From contig CAWFJP010000014.1 in the NCBI GenBank assembly GCA_963816145.1, forward strand, positions 320,001-384,000: DNA of 64,000 nt. Reading direction: 5' to 3'. Positions within the stretch are counted from its first letter, which is position 1. Every line of letters begins with the position of its first letter. The notes beneath the pieces were generated by a model. The model did no database searches, was not told the origin of the DNA, and was given only the letters and a program-made list of their open reading frames with translations. The DNA is from an uncultured delta proteobacterium (GTDB lineage: Bacteria > Desulfobacterota > Binatia > UBA9968). Both the position numbers and the translations under genes were made by a program. Of this stretch, positions 29,115 through 42,686 are shown one piece after another.

Positions 29115-30009
29115 TTTTGCTCGCCTCCACGGTCGTCTCGGGATCCGCCGCCGCTGATTCGATTGTCAACGGCGGCAGGGGTTCGGTCGTGACGGTTATC
29201 GTCGTGGAATCCTGATGTGTAACTTTCTCCCGAAACCAACCGGTAATCATCGATCGCATGTTATTGAAAAATCCCTGGGTTATGACCATGAAGATATGGC
29301 CGAAGGCGAAGAAAAGAACCCCGAAGGCGATTACAAAATGAATCGTCCGCGCCGATTGGCGCCCGCCGAACATGGCCGGCAGCCAATTGAATGCCAGATT
29401 CAACTGCGGCGACATCGCCATGCCGGATAGCAGGATGATTGGCGCGAGCAGCAGAAAGACACTGGTATAGGCGATTTTTTGCAACGGATTGTATTCACCG
29501 AGCTGGGGCGAGTCTTTGCGCAGTTTTAAATAGTAGGCGATCATCGTCGGCACTCGGGCGGCGTCAGCCGGGGTGAAGAGAAATTTCTTCATGTGACCGA
29601 CGGCGAGATTGTAGACCACGTAGAGCAGCCCGGTGAGGCTGAACAGCCAGCCGAAAAAGAAATGCCAGCGGCGCGCGCCGGCGAGCGAATAGTACCCTGG
29701 CACGGTAGCCCAGCTCGGAAAGGCACGTTGGGTCGTGCCATTGGCGGTCCGCTGGACGCCGAGCACACCGGTGGTGTTTATCATCATCCCTAATATTTCG
29801 AGGTAGCCGTGCGTTTCACCGCCGCGCACAGTGGCGCCAATCGACAGCAACGCTTTATCGGGTTCCGAGGTGTGACCCAAGTAGAGGTGCGGGTGGGCGT
29901 TGAAGATCATCAATCCGCTCATCAACAGGATCATCGACGCTAGCGCGTTGAGCCAATGGGTGAGGCGGGTGATGCGATTGTGGCGATAGACCAGATTGCT
30001 CGCTGCCAT
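29107..30009 (-). CDS. Cytochrome b membrane subunit (Ni-hydrogenase cyt b/YdhU type)
   Basis: RLTHWLN, SGLMIFNAHP, RRWHFFFGW, YNPLQK, ARTIHF; overlaps the Mo enzyme start. Confidence 0.85.
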   Translation of the reverse strand: MAASNLVYRHNRITRLTHWLNALASMILLMSGLMIFNAHPHLYLGHTSEPDKALLSIGATVRGGETHGYLEILGMMINTTGVLGVQRTANGTTQRAFPSWATVPGYYSLAGARRWHFFFGWLFSLTGLLYVVYNLAVGHMKKFLFTPADAARVPTMIAYYLKLRKDSPQLGEYNPLQKIAYTSVFLLLAPIILLSGMAMSPQLNLAFNWLPAMFGGRQSARTIHFVIAFGVLFFAFGHIFMVITQGFFNNMRSMITGWFREKVTHQDSTTITVTTEPLPPLTIESAAADPETTVEASKNG

Positions 30010-30120
30010 GTGCCAGTTCCTTTGCGCCGTCGGCGCGGCGGTAGGTCGTACAGTTTTGTGTATTAGATGACTGAAACAGAGCAATGGATGCAGTGAAGCG
30101 GAATCACGATGCGGTCCGCC

Positions 30121-31455
30121 TTAGGCGACACCCTTGCCCAATTCAGTTGTGCACGGGCATTGATCGGGGAAACGCACGCAGTCAAGTTCCGGTTTCGATT
30201 TCGCGACGGCGGGTGCCGTTTGTTGCACTTGGGCGCGCAGTCGCTCGGTGATGAAAAGCCAGACCAGCACTGTTGCCAAAGTTAGCCAAGCCATCCATCG
30301 CGTATCCAGCGTCCCTCTGACATTTCCGCCGGGGGCGACGTGCTGCACCCAGACATACAATCCCGCGGCGGCGAGCCCCTCGGCAATGCGCGCGCCAACG
30401 CCATCGACGGCGATTTTGACCAATGAGCGTTCGCTGGAATCGACCGGGATAAACGCTTGCTCCCAAATCGAGCGGTGCACCGACGAGCGCAGGCCGCCTT
30501 CGGTCACCCGCAGCACCGACAGGCTGAAGGCGGTGGCAGCCGCGCTGGCAAACCCGGCGCCGCCAATCAGGGCGAAGGGCAGGATCATCAAACCGCCGCC
30601 GACGCCGATCTTGTTTTGGATTTTCGGTGTGACGAAGAGCTGCAAGAGCAGCGAGCCGAAATTTAGCATGATGTAGAAATTGGCAAAGAAATTGGCATTG
30701 CCTTTGGAGCCCATGCCGGCGCCGGTGGCGGAGATATAGAACTGCACGTCGATCAGCAATCCTGCCAGGGCCCCGCTCATCGCGACCAATAGCAGCGTGA
30801 AGGCGTATGGCTTGGCCAGCGGCGCAAGATACCCGGCGGGCTTTCCTTCCTTGGCTCGTTGCGACGCAAGGTTGGTCGGAAACTTCCGGTGCGCTTGGAT
30901 GACTAACCCGACGACGACGAGGATCATCAGAGCGCCGATGAAGATCAGCCATTTCGGTTCGATAAGCGGGCTGATTGTTTTGGCGATGAAGCCGCCGGTC
31001 ATGCCGCCGCCAAGCGAGCTGGCGCCGATCTTGGCGAATGCGGCGGCCGACTGTGCATTGGGCGTGGTCTCGAAAATGTCGCTGGCGAGCAACCACAGGC
31101 TCGCGAACATGACGCCGAAAGCGCTTGGGATAAAGATGAAAATATTGAACAGCAGCGTCGATTCACCGGCATAGAGAAACGGCGCAGCCATAGCCAGCAC
31201 TCCGGCAGCGAAAAACATCAACCCGACCCGCGCCGGCCGCGCGCCGAAGCTCTTCATCGCTTTGACGAACAATATCGCCAACGGCAGGGAGGCCGCCGTG
31301 ATCATCATGGTCGCCGCCGGCAGTTGAAATATACCTTTGCCCTGAAAGAACAGCGCGTCACGGCCGGTCTTGGCGATGATGAACGCCGCTGTCAGTATGC
31401 CGAGACACAGTGCCGGATAAGTTGTTTTAGCGCGGAGATTGACGCGATTGGACAT
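30121..31455 (-). CDS. Npt1/TLC-like MFS transporter with Cys-rich C-terminal tail
   Basis: About 12 TM segments; AKTGRDALF, FFANFY, GLRSSVHRSIWEQAFIPV; ends DCVRFPDQCPCTTELGKG. Confidence 0.65.
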   Translation of the reverse strand: MSNRVNLRAKTTYPALCLGILTAAFIIAKTGRDALFFQGKGIFQLPAATMMITAASLPLAILFVKAMKSFGARPARVGLMFFAAGVLAMAAPFLYAGESTLLFNIFIFIPSAFGVMFASLWLLASDIFETTPNAQSAAAFAKIGASSLGGGMTGGFIAKTISPLIEPKWLIFIGALMILVVVGLVIQAHRKFPTNLASQRAKEGKPAGYLAPLAKPYAFTLLLVAMSGALAGLLIDVQFYISATGAGMGSKGNANFFANFYIMLNFGSLLLQLFVTPKIQNKIGVGGGLMILPFALIGGAGFASAAATAFSLSVLRVTEGGLRSSVHRSIWEQAFIPVDSSERSLVKIAVDGVGARIAEGLAAAGLYVWVQHVAPGGNVRGTLDTRWMAWLTLATVLVWLFITERLRAQVQQTAPAVAKSKPELDCVRFPDQCPCTTELGKGVA

Positions 31456-31724
31456 GTTTGGGTTTTGCGATCCTTTGTGAGAGTGAAGTTCATGGCGCGC
31501 GCTCTACAGGCACAGTTCAGGACTTCGTCACAAATCGCGCCGGCTCCGATCCGGTTTGTTAACGAAGTTGCCTGCAATATTAGTTCCGCGGCCGAGTATC
31601 ACTAAAGATTTCCTCGACAATGGGAAATCCTCGCCGTGCACTCGAACCACTGATCTCTCCAATTTGATCGTGCGCTCAATCCTTAGATGACGCTGCTTGG
31701 CGATTGGATGCGGTGCACCCGGGG

Positions 31725-34403
<2,679 letters not shown>

Positions 34404-34504
34404 TCTAACACATCCGATACGGCTCGATCTGGAGATTTGCAGTTCAAGCCGTGCAAAAGGTTCAAATCGTTCAAACCGTCGGGTGGAACTTTCAGATAGA
34501 CACC

Positions 34505-35164
34505 TCAAGCGCCTTTGTCCGACGTCAATTTTTCGACACGCTCGCGAAAATAGCTCCGCCAACTCTCCGGCAAAGCCTTGAGATCGGCGGCGCGCCGCAT
34601 GCTGCTGAGATCCTGTTTGTCGAAGGCATAGAGCCGGGTAATGTCGGCCACGGTCACGCCCCCGGGATCGCGGCCAAGGAGCGTAATGGTATCTTCCGCG
34701 CTCAGTTCGCCTTCCTGCATGACCGCGCAGTAAAACCCGGTGCGCCGGCTGCGCAGAAAGCGTTTCACCATGTCGTCGCGGTTGAACCTGACGCCCAACT
34801 TGTAGCAGGGCAGGCGCGGTTCGGTGACCGCCAGTTCGACGGAGCCGACGCACAATCGGTCGCCGATGTTGAGTTCTTTTTCCAGCAAACCTTCGGTGGT
34901 GAGGTTTTCACCGAAGGCGCCCGGCGTCAATTCTTCATCGCCGAGCTCGCGGCGCCAGAAATGGTAGTGCTCGGACGGGTAGACGTAGATCGCCTTGCTC
35001 GGCCCGCCGTGGACGGTCAAGTCGGCTTGGCGATCGCCGTCAATATTCAAAGCGCGCACGCGCACGCGCCCGGCCACGGGCGATTTGAAAATGCTTGTGC
35101 GAATCATCCGCCCATCGTGAACTATCTCGCGCGGCAGCCCGACATTGACAGATATGATCTTCAT
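34505..35164 (-). CDS. MOSC domain protein (YiiM-like)
   Basis: [38 protein letters not shown]. Confidence 0.9.
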   Translation of the reverse strand: MKIISVNVGLPREIVHDGRMIRTSIFKSPVAGRVRVRALNIDGDRQADLTVHGGPSKAIYVYPSEHYHFWRRELGDEELTPGAFGENLTTEGLLEKELNIGDRLCVGSVELAVTEPRLPCYKLGVRFNRDDMVKRFLRSRRTGFYCAVMQEGELSAEDTITLLGRDPGGVTVADITRLYAFDKQDLSSMRRAADLKALPESWRSYFRERVEKLTSDKGA

Positions 35165-35174
35165 GGGTCCTCGA

Positions 35175-35476
35175 TTAGATGTTGCGGGGCGCGGGTTGGG
35201 TGCGCGCGACATTTTTCTCGGCAAGTACAATGCGATCGAGGCGCAGCAGTTCAGCGAGCGACCAAGCTTGAAACGAGCAGCCGCGCGGCGTACGCGGCGC
35301 ATCGGCGTCGGCGATCTCCATCGCGGCGTCAAAACCGTTGACCAAAATAGACCGTCCAGCCGGCGCTTTGGTCGCGCTGAGCAGTAGCGCCCGGTAGCGC
35401 CGCGTGCGGATGCCCGACACTGTGCCGGAAGCGAAGCCGCCAAGCCCTCGGTTTCCAGCCATTCGTCGCGCATCAT
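35175..35476 (-). pseudogene. Collapsed glycogen-debranching (amylo-alpha-1,6-glucosidase) pseudogene
   Basis: N-terminal EWLET/GLGGFASGTV..IRTRRY (frameshift near 35448) fused to C-terminal EIADADAP.TPRGC.FQAWSLAELLR. Confidence 0.75.
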
Positions 35477-35655
35477 GTGGGAAGAGGTCAAGCGTCATTG
35501 CCGGTGTCATCTAACGATTTTTTGAATAGCGCCAATGCCGATTTCTTACTCTCTCGCCCATTCCGATGGGAGAGAGCGGGGGTGAAGGCTATCTGCTTTC
35601 ACCAATCGCCCCCTCACACTTCCCGAAGGCGTGGCGGCGAGGAAACCAGATATGA

Positions 35656-36714
35656 TCACCGCTCGACTATCTGCAACCCGTGGCCGTCGGGGTCGCGTGC
35701 CAGAAAGCCCTTTGCGAAGCTGAGAGTATTCTCCGGCAAATTCGCCAGGCTCGGCGAAACTACTCGCCGCTTCGCTTGTCGCAGTTTTTGTGCGGCGTTT
35801 GCCGCGTTGTCAGTCGTCAGAGTCGTTTGCCAGTGCCACAAATCGTTTGCTCTGGTGTCGCTCGGCGCAGGCCGGCCGTCGCGCGGCGCCAGGTATTCCA
35901 ACAACTCGATGCCAGGCCCAGCGGCGGCCCTGAGGCCGCTGATATGCAAACGCGCGCCAGCGACATTGTTCAAATGCTCTTGTTCAGTGCCGTAGTTAAA
36001 GCTGTCGCCGGCGAGTTTCATACCAAGTAGGTCGCGATAATATTTCAAACTGCTCGGTGTGTTCGACACGACGATGGCGCTGTGGTCGATGCCGAGAAAG
36101 AGCTTGTCGTTATTCCTTTGCCAGCGCGGATCGCCCTTGCCTGGCGGAAAGTAGATGATCTCCAAATTGTGCCCGTCGGGATCTTTGAAATAAAAAGCTC
36201 GAATACCGGCGGCGGCCTTGTTGGTGACCGGAATCGTTTGCGGCGCGGTGGAGACGTGGCGCACTTTGTGGTTGCGCAGCTGCTGATAGGCCCGGTCCAT
36301 ATCGCTGACCACGATGGCGATATGCTGAAACCCATGATCGTGGCTGCGCCATTCCAGCGGGATCGGCCGGCCCTCCGGGGCGAGATACTGCGTCAGTTCG
36401 ATCATTTCTTCGCCAAGCTTAAGGCGCACCACGCGCATGCGCAGCCCGAACAATCCCTGCAATTTCTCATACTCGCTGCCGTGAACTTCAACGTCCGTGA
36501 TCTTTTCAAAGCGTAATACTTTCGAGAAATACTCAACCGATCGATCCACATCGGCGACGGTCATGCCGATCGTTTCTAGGGAGCGGATCAGCTGCGCGGA
36601 CCCCGCTGAAGTAACAAGTAAAAAGGAAAAAATGAAAATCGCCGTCGTCAACGCGATATGAATATTATAGCGAATCTGTTCCGACCTTTTCAATTTTCCA
36701 TTCTCCATTATCAA
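35656..36714 (-). CDS. Exported two-domain VOC/glyoxalase family protein
   Basis: GMTVADVDRS, FQHIAIVVSDM, FKDPDGHNLE, GIDHSAI, RDPDGH. Confidence 0.85.
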   Translation of the reverse strand: MIMENGKLKRSEQIRYNIHIALTTAIFIFSFLLVTSAGSAQLIRSLETIGMTVADVDRSVEYFSKVLRFEKITDVEVHGSEYEKLQGLFGLRMRVVRLKLGEEMIELTQYLAPEGRPIPLEWRSHDHGFQHIAIVVSDMDRAYQQLRNHKVRHVSTAPQTIPVTNKAAAGIRAFYFKDPDGHNLEIIYFPPGKGDPRWQRNNDKLFLGIDHSAIVVSNTPSSLKYYRDLLGMKLAGDSFNYGTEQEHLNNVAGARLHISGLRAAAGPGIELLEYLAPRDGRPAPSDTRANDLWHWQTTLTTDNAANAAQKLRQAKRRVVSPSLANLPENTLSFAKGFLARDPDGHGLQIVER

Positions 36715-38282
36715 TTCATTCTTTGAATGAGGTGTTCGCCGACGCGTAGCGCGTTCGCCATGATCGTCAGCGCCGGATTGACCGCGCCGCTAGAGACGAA
36801 GAAGCTACCGTCTACGACATAAAGGTTGTCCAATTCATGGGCCTTGCAGTTGGCATCGAGCGCGCTGGTTTTAGGATCGTTGCCGAAACGCACGGTGCCG
36901 ACCTGGTGCGCCACGCCGGCGAGCGGAATGCGCTGGCCGACGAACAAGTTGCGCGAGAACAATCCTTCGTGGCAGTCGTGGCCATGTACGGCGCATTTAG
37001 TCTGCTGCTGCATCAGTTCTTTCAACTTGGCGATCAAACGTTTGTGTCCTTCCTCGTTGTTGGGCTTATAGCTCAGGACGATCTTGCCGTCGGCGTCGAC
37101 AGTGACTCGGTTGTTGGGATCGGGAAGATCTTCCGAGGTAAGCCAAAAGTCGAGAGAATGTTTGGCCATGAGATCCAAGGTCCAGCCCGGCGCGATCGCC
37201 GGCGCACCGCCCTTGAGTGTCTCGCCGTCGAGCTTGCCAACAAACGAGATGTGACCCATGGGAAAATTCCAACCCGGGGCGCCAAAGTAGAAGTCGTTTA
37301 TTGAAAGAGACTTTTGAAAGATCGTTGGGTTTGGGCATTTTGACAGCGCCATCAAGACAGAATTGACATGACCCATGTAGTGACGGCCGACGGTGTCCGA
37401 GCGGTTCGCCAGGCCTCGTGGGTGTTGGTCGTTTTTTGAGCGCAACAATAGCGCCGCGGAATTGATCGCGCCGCAGGCCGAGACAACGATATCGGCCGAC
37501 AGTTCTTCGCGGCTGCCGTTGTGACTTACGATGACTTTCGACACGCACCGGCCCGCGGCGTCGGTTGTCAGTTTTTCGACGTAGGCGTTGGTCATTAGGG
37601 AAACATTTTCATGTTGCAGTGCCGGATCGACGGCGCAGACTTGCGCGTCGGACTTGGCGTAGACCAAACAGGGAAAGCCGTCGCAGGTCTCGCAGCGGAT
37701 GCATTTGCTGGCGCGCGGGTTCATTTCATCCAACATCACCCCCAGCGGTGTGTGAAACGGATGCAGCCCGAGCCGGGCAAAGTCATCGGACAACTGCTGG
37801 ATGCGCGGCTCGTGGCTGACGGGCGGGTGGAGGTAGGGGCCGGATGCTTGTGGTTCCGTGGGGTCTTCGTTGCGTTGGCCATGGACGTGATAAAGCGCCT
37901 CGGCTTCACTGTAGTAAGGCTCCATGGCGTCGTAGGAGATCGGCCAAGCCGGCGAGATGCCGCCATGATGCTTAATCTCGCCGAAGTCTTCCTTGCGCAG
38001 GCGAAACAGCGCCGCGCCGAAGAACTTCGTGTTGCCGCCGACGAAGTAGTTCGTGTGCGGATGGAGATCTCGGCCGTCTTGGTCGCGCCACTTCTCTTTT
38101 GTCTGATATTTGCCGTCGAGATTGACCGCTTTCGGGCTCCAGTTGTCCTTTTCGCGCGGCACGTAATCGCCCCGTTCGAGGATCAAAATCTGTTTTCCCG
38201 TCGGCGCTAGTTTGTATGCCAGCGTCCCGCCGCCGGCGCCGCTGCCGATGATGATCACGTCATAATGGTTCTGTGTCGCCAT
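36711..38282 (-). CDS. GMC family FAD oxidoreductase
   Basis: IIGSGAGGG, VGGNTKF, CIRCETCDGFPC, AHQVGT, VNPALTIMANALR. Confidence 0.9.
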   Translation of the reverse strand: MATQNHYDVIIIGSGAGGGTLAYKLAPTGKQILILERGDYVPREKDNWSPKAVNLDGKYQTKEKWRDQDGRDLHPHTNYFVGGNTKFFGAALFRLRKEDFGEIKHHGGISPAWPISYDAMEPYYSEAEALYHVHGQRNEDPTEPQASGPYLHPPVSHEPRIQQLSDDFARLGLHPFHTPLGVMLDEMNPRASKCIRCETCDGFPCLVYAKSDAQVCAVDPALQHENVSLMTNAYVEKLTTDAAGRCVSKVIVSHNGSREELSADIVVSACGAINSAALLLRSKNDQHPRGLANRSDTVGRHYMGHVNSVLMALSKCPNPTIFQKSLSINDFYFGAPGWNFPMGHISFVGKLDGETLKGGAPAIAPGWTLDLMAKHSLDFWLTSEDLPDPNNRVTVDADGKIVLSYKPNNEEGHKRLIAKLKELMQQQTKCAVHGHDCHEGLFSRNLFVGQRIPLAGVAHQVGTVRFGNDPKTSALDANCKAHELDNLYVVDGSFFVSSGAVNPALTIMANALRVGEHLIQRMN

Positions 38283-38443
38283 GGATCGCCCCGTTATTCG
38301 TCAGTGCCAGCGCTTAAGATCTTGTGCGTAATAGCCGTTAGATGCGCGAGAGCATCGATAGGATGCTAGGTGTATTGATTCGGAGTGATTCGCTGAGTCG
38401 GAGGATTCAACACAGAGGACACGGAGATCACAGAGAGCTACAG

Positions 38444-38920
38444 TCATGACAACCGCGCCGAGCCGAAATTGACGCTAAAGCGGGCGCACCAGATCGAGAC
38501 GTTCTTATACTTGGTTAGGTCCACGTCCGCCGGGATTACGTAGTTCTGGTCGCCTTTGTTGCCTTTCATCGAACCCAAGTCGACGAAGCCGGCGGCCATG
38601 ACGGCGTCGCTGCCCTTCTCCACTTCAGCTCCGGTTAGGTAGACATGCACGTCAGGGCCGTTGGAGGTCTCGAACTCGGTGAGTCGCAGCGTCTGCTTGC
38701 CATCGGCGAGTTTGTAGATCGTCGCTAAACCCTTGGTTTCATGGGCCAGGCTTTTGAAGTTACCTTGCACCAAACTCATCGGTCCGGCGGCAACCTGGGC
38801 GCCAACAGGAAACTGCTCGTTGACCTGTTTGTTGATGAACAGCAGCTCCGGGCGGAAGGCGTACCAAGCTATCGCCAATCCGACAATGCTAACTCCAACA
38901 AGGATTTGACGCTTATTCAT
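38444..38920 (-). CDS. DM13 domain protein
   Basis: HETKG, FETSNGPDVHVYL, KGNKGDQNY, IWCARFSVNFG. Confidence 0.88.
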   Translation of the reverse strand: MNKRQILVGVSIVGLAIAWYAFRPELLFINKQVNEQFPVGAQVAAGPMSLVQGNFKSLAHETKGLATIYKLADGKQTLRLTEFETSNGPDVHVYLTGAEVEKGSDAVMAAGFVDLGSMKGNKGDQNYVIPADVDLTKYKNVSIWCARFSVNFGSARLS

Positions 38921-39151
38921 AATTATGATCCTCCGCAAACGATCTTGTTAATTTTCAACCTAGTGCATGACCTGATGCGCGGCCTCTTACGATCTGGTCT
39001 GTTAGATGCAAAATGGTGCGTGAAGGATGCTGTAAGGCGGCTAACCGGGGCGAGCCCGGCTGTTGGCGTTGTTCTTGTACGAGTTGGGCGGTCGCCGTAG
39101 AATTGTCCGATCAGGTCAATTTCGAGAGAGGAATCAGTTACGGCGAGTAAT

Positions 39152-39748
39152 ATGAACATCATTTTCGATCTAGGTGGAGTCGTCGTGCGTTGGGAGCCCG
39201 AGGCGCTGCTGGCGCGGACCTTTAACGACCCTGCCGTCTGCGAAATCGTACACCGCGAATTCTTAGGCCATCCAGATTGGCTGGAACTCGACCGTGGAAC
39301 CCTGGCGCCGGAAGATGCGATTGCCAGCGCCGCACGGCGCACAGGTCTAATGGATCATCTGATCGCAAGTCTGCTGAACAATGTGCCGTCATCGTTAGTG
39401 CCGATTCCCGAAACAATTGCATTGCTCTACCGCTTAAAAGCCCAAGGCCACGCGCTCTATTGCCTGTCGAACATGCATTTGGCATCCATCGAATTTCTTG
39501 AACGTACACAGAGCTTCTGGGACGCCTTTAGCGGTAAAGTTATTTCCTGCCGCGTCAACCTGTGCAAGCCCGAAGCTGGGATGTACGCGCATTTGCTGGA
39601 AACTTTTCATATCGATGCGGCAAGCGCTGTCTTCGTCGACGATTTTGAGGTCAATTTAGTCGCCGCCCGGCAATTTGGCATTAGAACGATCCGATTTGAA
39701 AATTCAGCCCAATGCGCCGGCGAACTCAAGGCCTTGGGTTGTATTTGA
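39152..39748 (+). CDS. HAD family phosphatase
   Basis: IIFDLGGV, LSN, KPE, FVDD. Confidence 0.88.
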   Translation: MNIIFDLGGVVVRWEPEALLARTFNDPAVCEIVHREFLGHPDWLELDRGTLAPEDAIASAARRTGLMDHLIASLLNNVPSSLVPIPETIALLYRLKAQGHALYCLSNMHLASIEFLERTQSFWDAFSGKVISCRVNLCKPEAGMYAHLLETFHIDAASAVFVDDFEVNLVAARQFGIRTIRFENSAQCAGELKALGCI

Positions 39749-39928
39749 ATCTTGAGTCGACGTGTGTTTGGCGCTTGATTCTTACTCCGGATGTTTTCGC
39801 CGCGAACGGCGGTTTTTTGCTAAGCCGCGGAAATCAAGATAGAATTGATAATGATGGTGATTTTGGACGTAAGACGAATTGGTCAACAAACTGATGGATT
39901 CAGGACCAATGAAGGCAAGCTTCCTTAA

Positions 39929-40135
39929 ATGGGCAACTCAGCAGCTTTACTTTGGGCGACGGTTTTTGGTGTGATCGGTCTCGCCTATTTTGTCTACGGG
40001 AAGAATCAGAATTGTTTCGTTCCACTGTTCTGTGGAATGGGGCTTATGGCATTCCCCTATTTTATCTCGAATACGGTTCTCCTGGTCGTTGTCGGGCTTG
40101 GCCTTTCGGCGGTTCCCTACTTTTTCCGGGATTGA
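39929..40135 (+). CDS. Small membrane protein
   Basis: IGLAYFVYGK...GLMAFPYF; hydrophobic, 68 aa. Confidence 0.6.
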   Translation: MGNSAALLWATVFGVIGLAYFVYGKNQNCFVPLFCGMGLMAFPYFISNTVLLVVVGLGLSAVPYFFRD

Positions 40136-40215
40136 AGCTTATGAAGCAGAGCGTTGCGCTCGTCAATCGTTTAGCCTAAACCAATTTAGCGTCTTCCATA
40201 AGATATCAGAACACC

Positions 40216-40678
40216 ATGCTGAATAAGCAATTTCCAACTGTTTTCATGCTCGTGTACATAGTTTCCGCATCCGCCGGCGCTAGTTTTTCCGCGCCAGTAT
40301 TCGCGCAGCCGGGCGGAACGGCTACGGTGATCGTTAAAATTATTGGTCTTCTTTCCGAAAAGGGGCAGGTGAAAATCGCCATGTTCAATTCGGCTGGATC
40401 CTGGCTAGGCGATCATCCGAAATACAATACGACGATCGATGTGAATAGTCAGTCGGTTTCATGGGAACTGGGCGATGTTCCGTATGGGGATTATGGCATC
40501 ACGGTTTTTCATGATGAAAACAAAAACGGCAAGATGGATAAAAACTTCTTGGGAATACCGCAAGAGCCCTACGGATTTTCGAACAACATGAGGGTCGATG
40601 TTCAGACCGCCGTTATGGGACAAATCCAAGTTTGTCGTCACTGGCCCAACTACCGACGTTTCCATTGAAGTTAAATAG
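40216..40678 (+). pseudogene. DUF2141 family exported protein with +1 frameshift near the C-terminus
   Basis: FHDENKNGKMD.NFLGIP.EPYGFSNN; removing one G at 40597 gives MFRPPLWDKSKFVV...IEVK-stop. Confidence 0.65.
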
Positions 40679-40758
40679 GGCGCCGGTCGGGGTGCGAATC
40701 TTGCGCTCCGATCACTAAATGCTGCTGTTCATAGGCATCGCAAAAGGAGCTTTCGGAT

Positions 40759-41151
40759 ATGCCAAGAAACATTATCATGGCGGCTTCACTGCCCGCGCCT
40801 CCCGATAAACTCTTCGACATGTATCTCGATGCGGCTCAACACGCGGCATTGACCGGTTTACCCGTGACATTGGAACCTCGTGCCGGCGGTGCGTTTCATG
40901 CCTTCGACGGCATGCTTTCCGGTATCATCCTGCATATTCAGCCGAAGTCGCTGATCGTGCAAACCTGGAGGTCGGTGAATTGGCCACTCACTGCGATGGA
41001 CTCGGTGCTGACGCTCTCGTTCTACCCGGCGGAAGACGGAGGCCGGATCGAGCTCGTCCATATCAACGTGGCGGATGAAGACTTCGCCGGTGTCAGCCAG
41101 GGTTGGGAAAAATATTACTGGACGCCGTGGCGAGCCTATCTGACTAAATAG
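40759..41151 (+). CDS. SRPBCC/AHA1-like domain protein
   Basis: GGAFHAFDG, LIVQTWRS, GWEKYYWTPW. Confidence 0.8.
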   Translation: MPRNIIMAASLPAPPDKLFDMYLDAAQHAALTGLPVTLEPRAGGAFHAFDGMLSGIILHIQPKSLIVQTWRSVNWPLTAMDSVLTLSFYPAEDGGRIELVHINVADEDFAGVSQGWEKYYWTPWRAYLTK

Positions 41152-41237
41152 AACGGTCGTTAAGATCTCGCCTAATTGATTGTTAACCTCGGCAAAAGCG
41201 GCGACACCGATCACGACTGTAACTTGGCGAGGTTTAT

Positions 41238-41688
41238 TTGAACAGCGTAGGTGAACTTTCGATCGCGGCCACGGGCCTGTCGTTTACAGGATTCTTCGTG
41301 TTTTGCTTGGTGTCCTTTCTCGGCAGTCATATCGCCGGTGCGCTAGCACTGGTTGGCGGCGTGTTGGTGTTGGCGACGATGGCGTCTTGGTGGGATCGTT
41401 GGTCGCGCCGGCCTGTCCGGAGCGCCATCAGTTCGTCAGCACGCACTCTGTCGTGATGACGATCCAGCATGGCCTTAAAATCATTGTCTTCGTGCTTTGG
41501 GCTTTGCCTTCGGTCCTTACATCGCGCTTTTGATTGGTCTGGTAACTTTCAGTTTTATCGGCAGCTACGCCGGCAAGCTCTTGCTCAATCGTCGGCCGAA
41601 ACGGATTTTTCGCATGGCGTTAAAGGCGACCCTAACCATGCTCGCGTTGCAGCTGTTCTATTCGGCCTTGCGCCCAATCCTCGGATAG
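41238..41688 (+). pseudogene. Degraded TauE/SafE-like membrane protein
   Basis: Fragments in three frames (GGVLVLATMA; FVSTHSVVMTIQHGLKIIVF; GFAFGPY...GKLLLNR); too short for a full gene. Confidence 0.55.
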
Positions 41689-41737
41689 TCGCTAGCCAAT
41701 TTGAAATAGCCAGATCCCATGCGTTGCAAATGGTTTG

Positions 41738-42466
41738 TTAGCGCATGCCCGAGTAGCTGTTCACCGTCGCGTGCAGGTTGCGGGCGAAGTCGGTGGCAGC
41801 TTGGGTGCTGATGCTGAATGCCGTGCGGGCGTATTCTTTGACCGCAAGCACCGCGGCGAGCGGCATGGATTTGAAATGATCGACCAGGCGATTGACGCTC
41901 GCGGCCAACTCGTCGTGCGTGACAACGTCACTGACGAGCGCATAGGTGAGGGCTTTGTGGGCGTCGATTTCTTGCGCCGAATAGATCATGAAGGTGGCGG
42001 CTTTGCGCGGCATGCGGTCGACCAGGGCGGAGAAGGCGATGGTCGGCATGATTTTATGCGCGGTTTCGGGAAACGAAAAACGCGCCTTGTCGCCGGCGAT
42101 GGTGATATCGCAGAGCGCTGCGAGGGCGCAGCCGAGACCCACCGCGCGCCCCTGGACGACGCCGATGATCGGAACTTTGGCGTTGCGAAAGGCGCCGTAG
42201 AGATTGAAGATCGTCTCGCTGCGCTCGCGAACTGAATAAGCTTCCGGGCCGGGAGTCGGCGGCGCGACGCCCATGGAGTCGCGCCCCAAACAGAAATCGT
42301 CACCGGCGCCTTTGAAAATAATCAGGCGAGACGACTTGGCAGCGTCATCGAACATCTGCGTCACCTGCGCCCAGGTGGCATCGCTCTGGCGGTTGCCGAC
42401 TTCCGGCCGGTTCAACAAGATAGTCGTGATGTCGTTATCTTTGGTTACGAGTACGGGGTCCGCCAT
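41738..42466 (-). CDS. Enoyl-CoA hydratase/isomerase family protein
   Basis: LNRPEVGN, FCLGRD, GRAVGLGCALAALCD, FSFPE. Confidence 0.85.
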   Translation of the reverse strand: MADPVLVTKDNDITTILLNRPEVGNRQSDATWAQVTQMFDDAAKSSRLIIFKGAGDDFCLGRDSMGVAPPTPGPEAYSVRERSETIFNLYGAFRNAKVPIIGVVQGRAVGLGCALAALCDITIAGDKARFSFPETAHKIMPTIAFSALVDRMPRKAATFMIYSAQEIDAHKALTYALVSDVVTHDELAASVNRLVDHFKSMPLAAVLAVKEYARTAFSISTQAATDFARNLHATVNSYSGMR

Positions 42467-42686
42467 GGTCATGCCTCCAAGGTTTGGTCGGGCCACTTTA
42501 GGGAGGCGCAGCGCGGCTGTCAACGGCTTAAACGGCGCCGCGCGTTCCAGTCGTTCCATCGGTTCCAAACGTTCCAAGTGTTTTCGTCACTGATCAATTG
42601 CCAAAACGCAAGCCTCTCGTCTTGCGAAGAAGTTAGTTTCAAAATAGACTTCGGGCGTTTAAATTCGAAAGATTTAGGAGAGTGCT

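Noticed and set aside
34404-35491. N-terminal extensions giving a 1042-aa GH63 and a 328-aa MOSC protein
   Set aside because: The extensions run through neighbouring genes, repeats or the GDE remnant; real starts are probably 34403 and 35164
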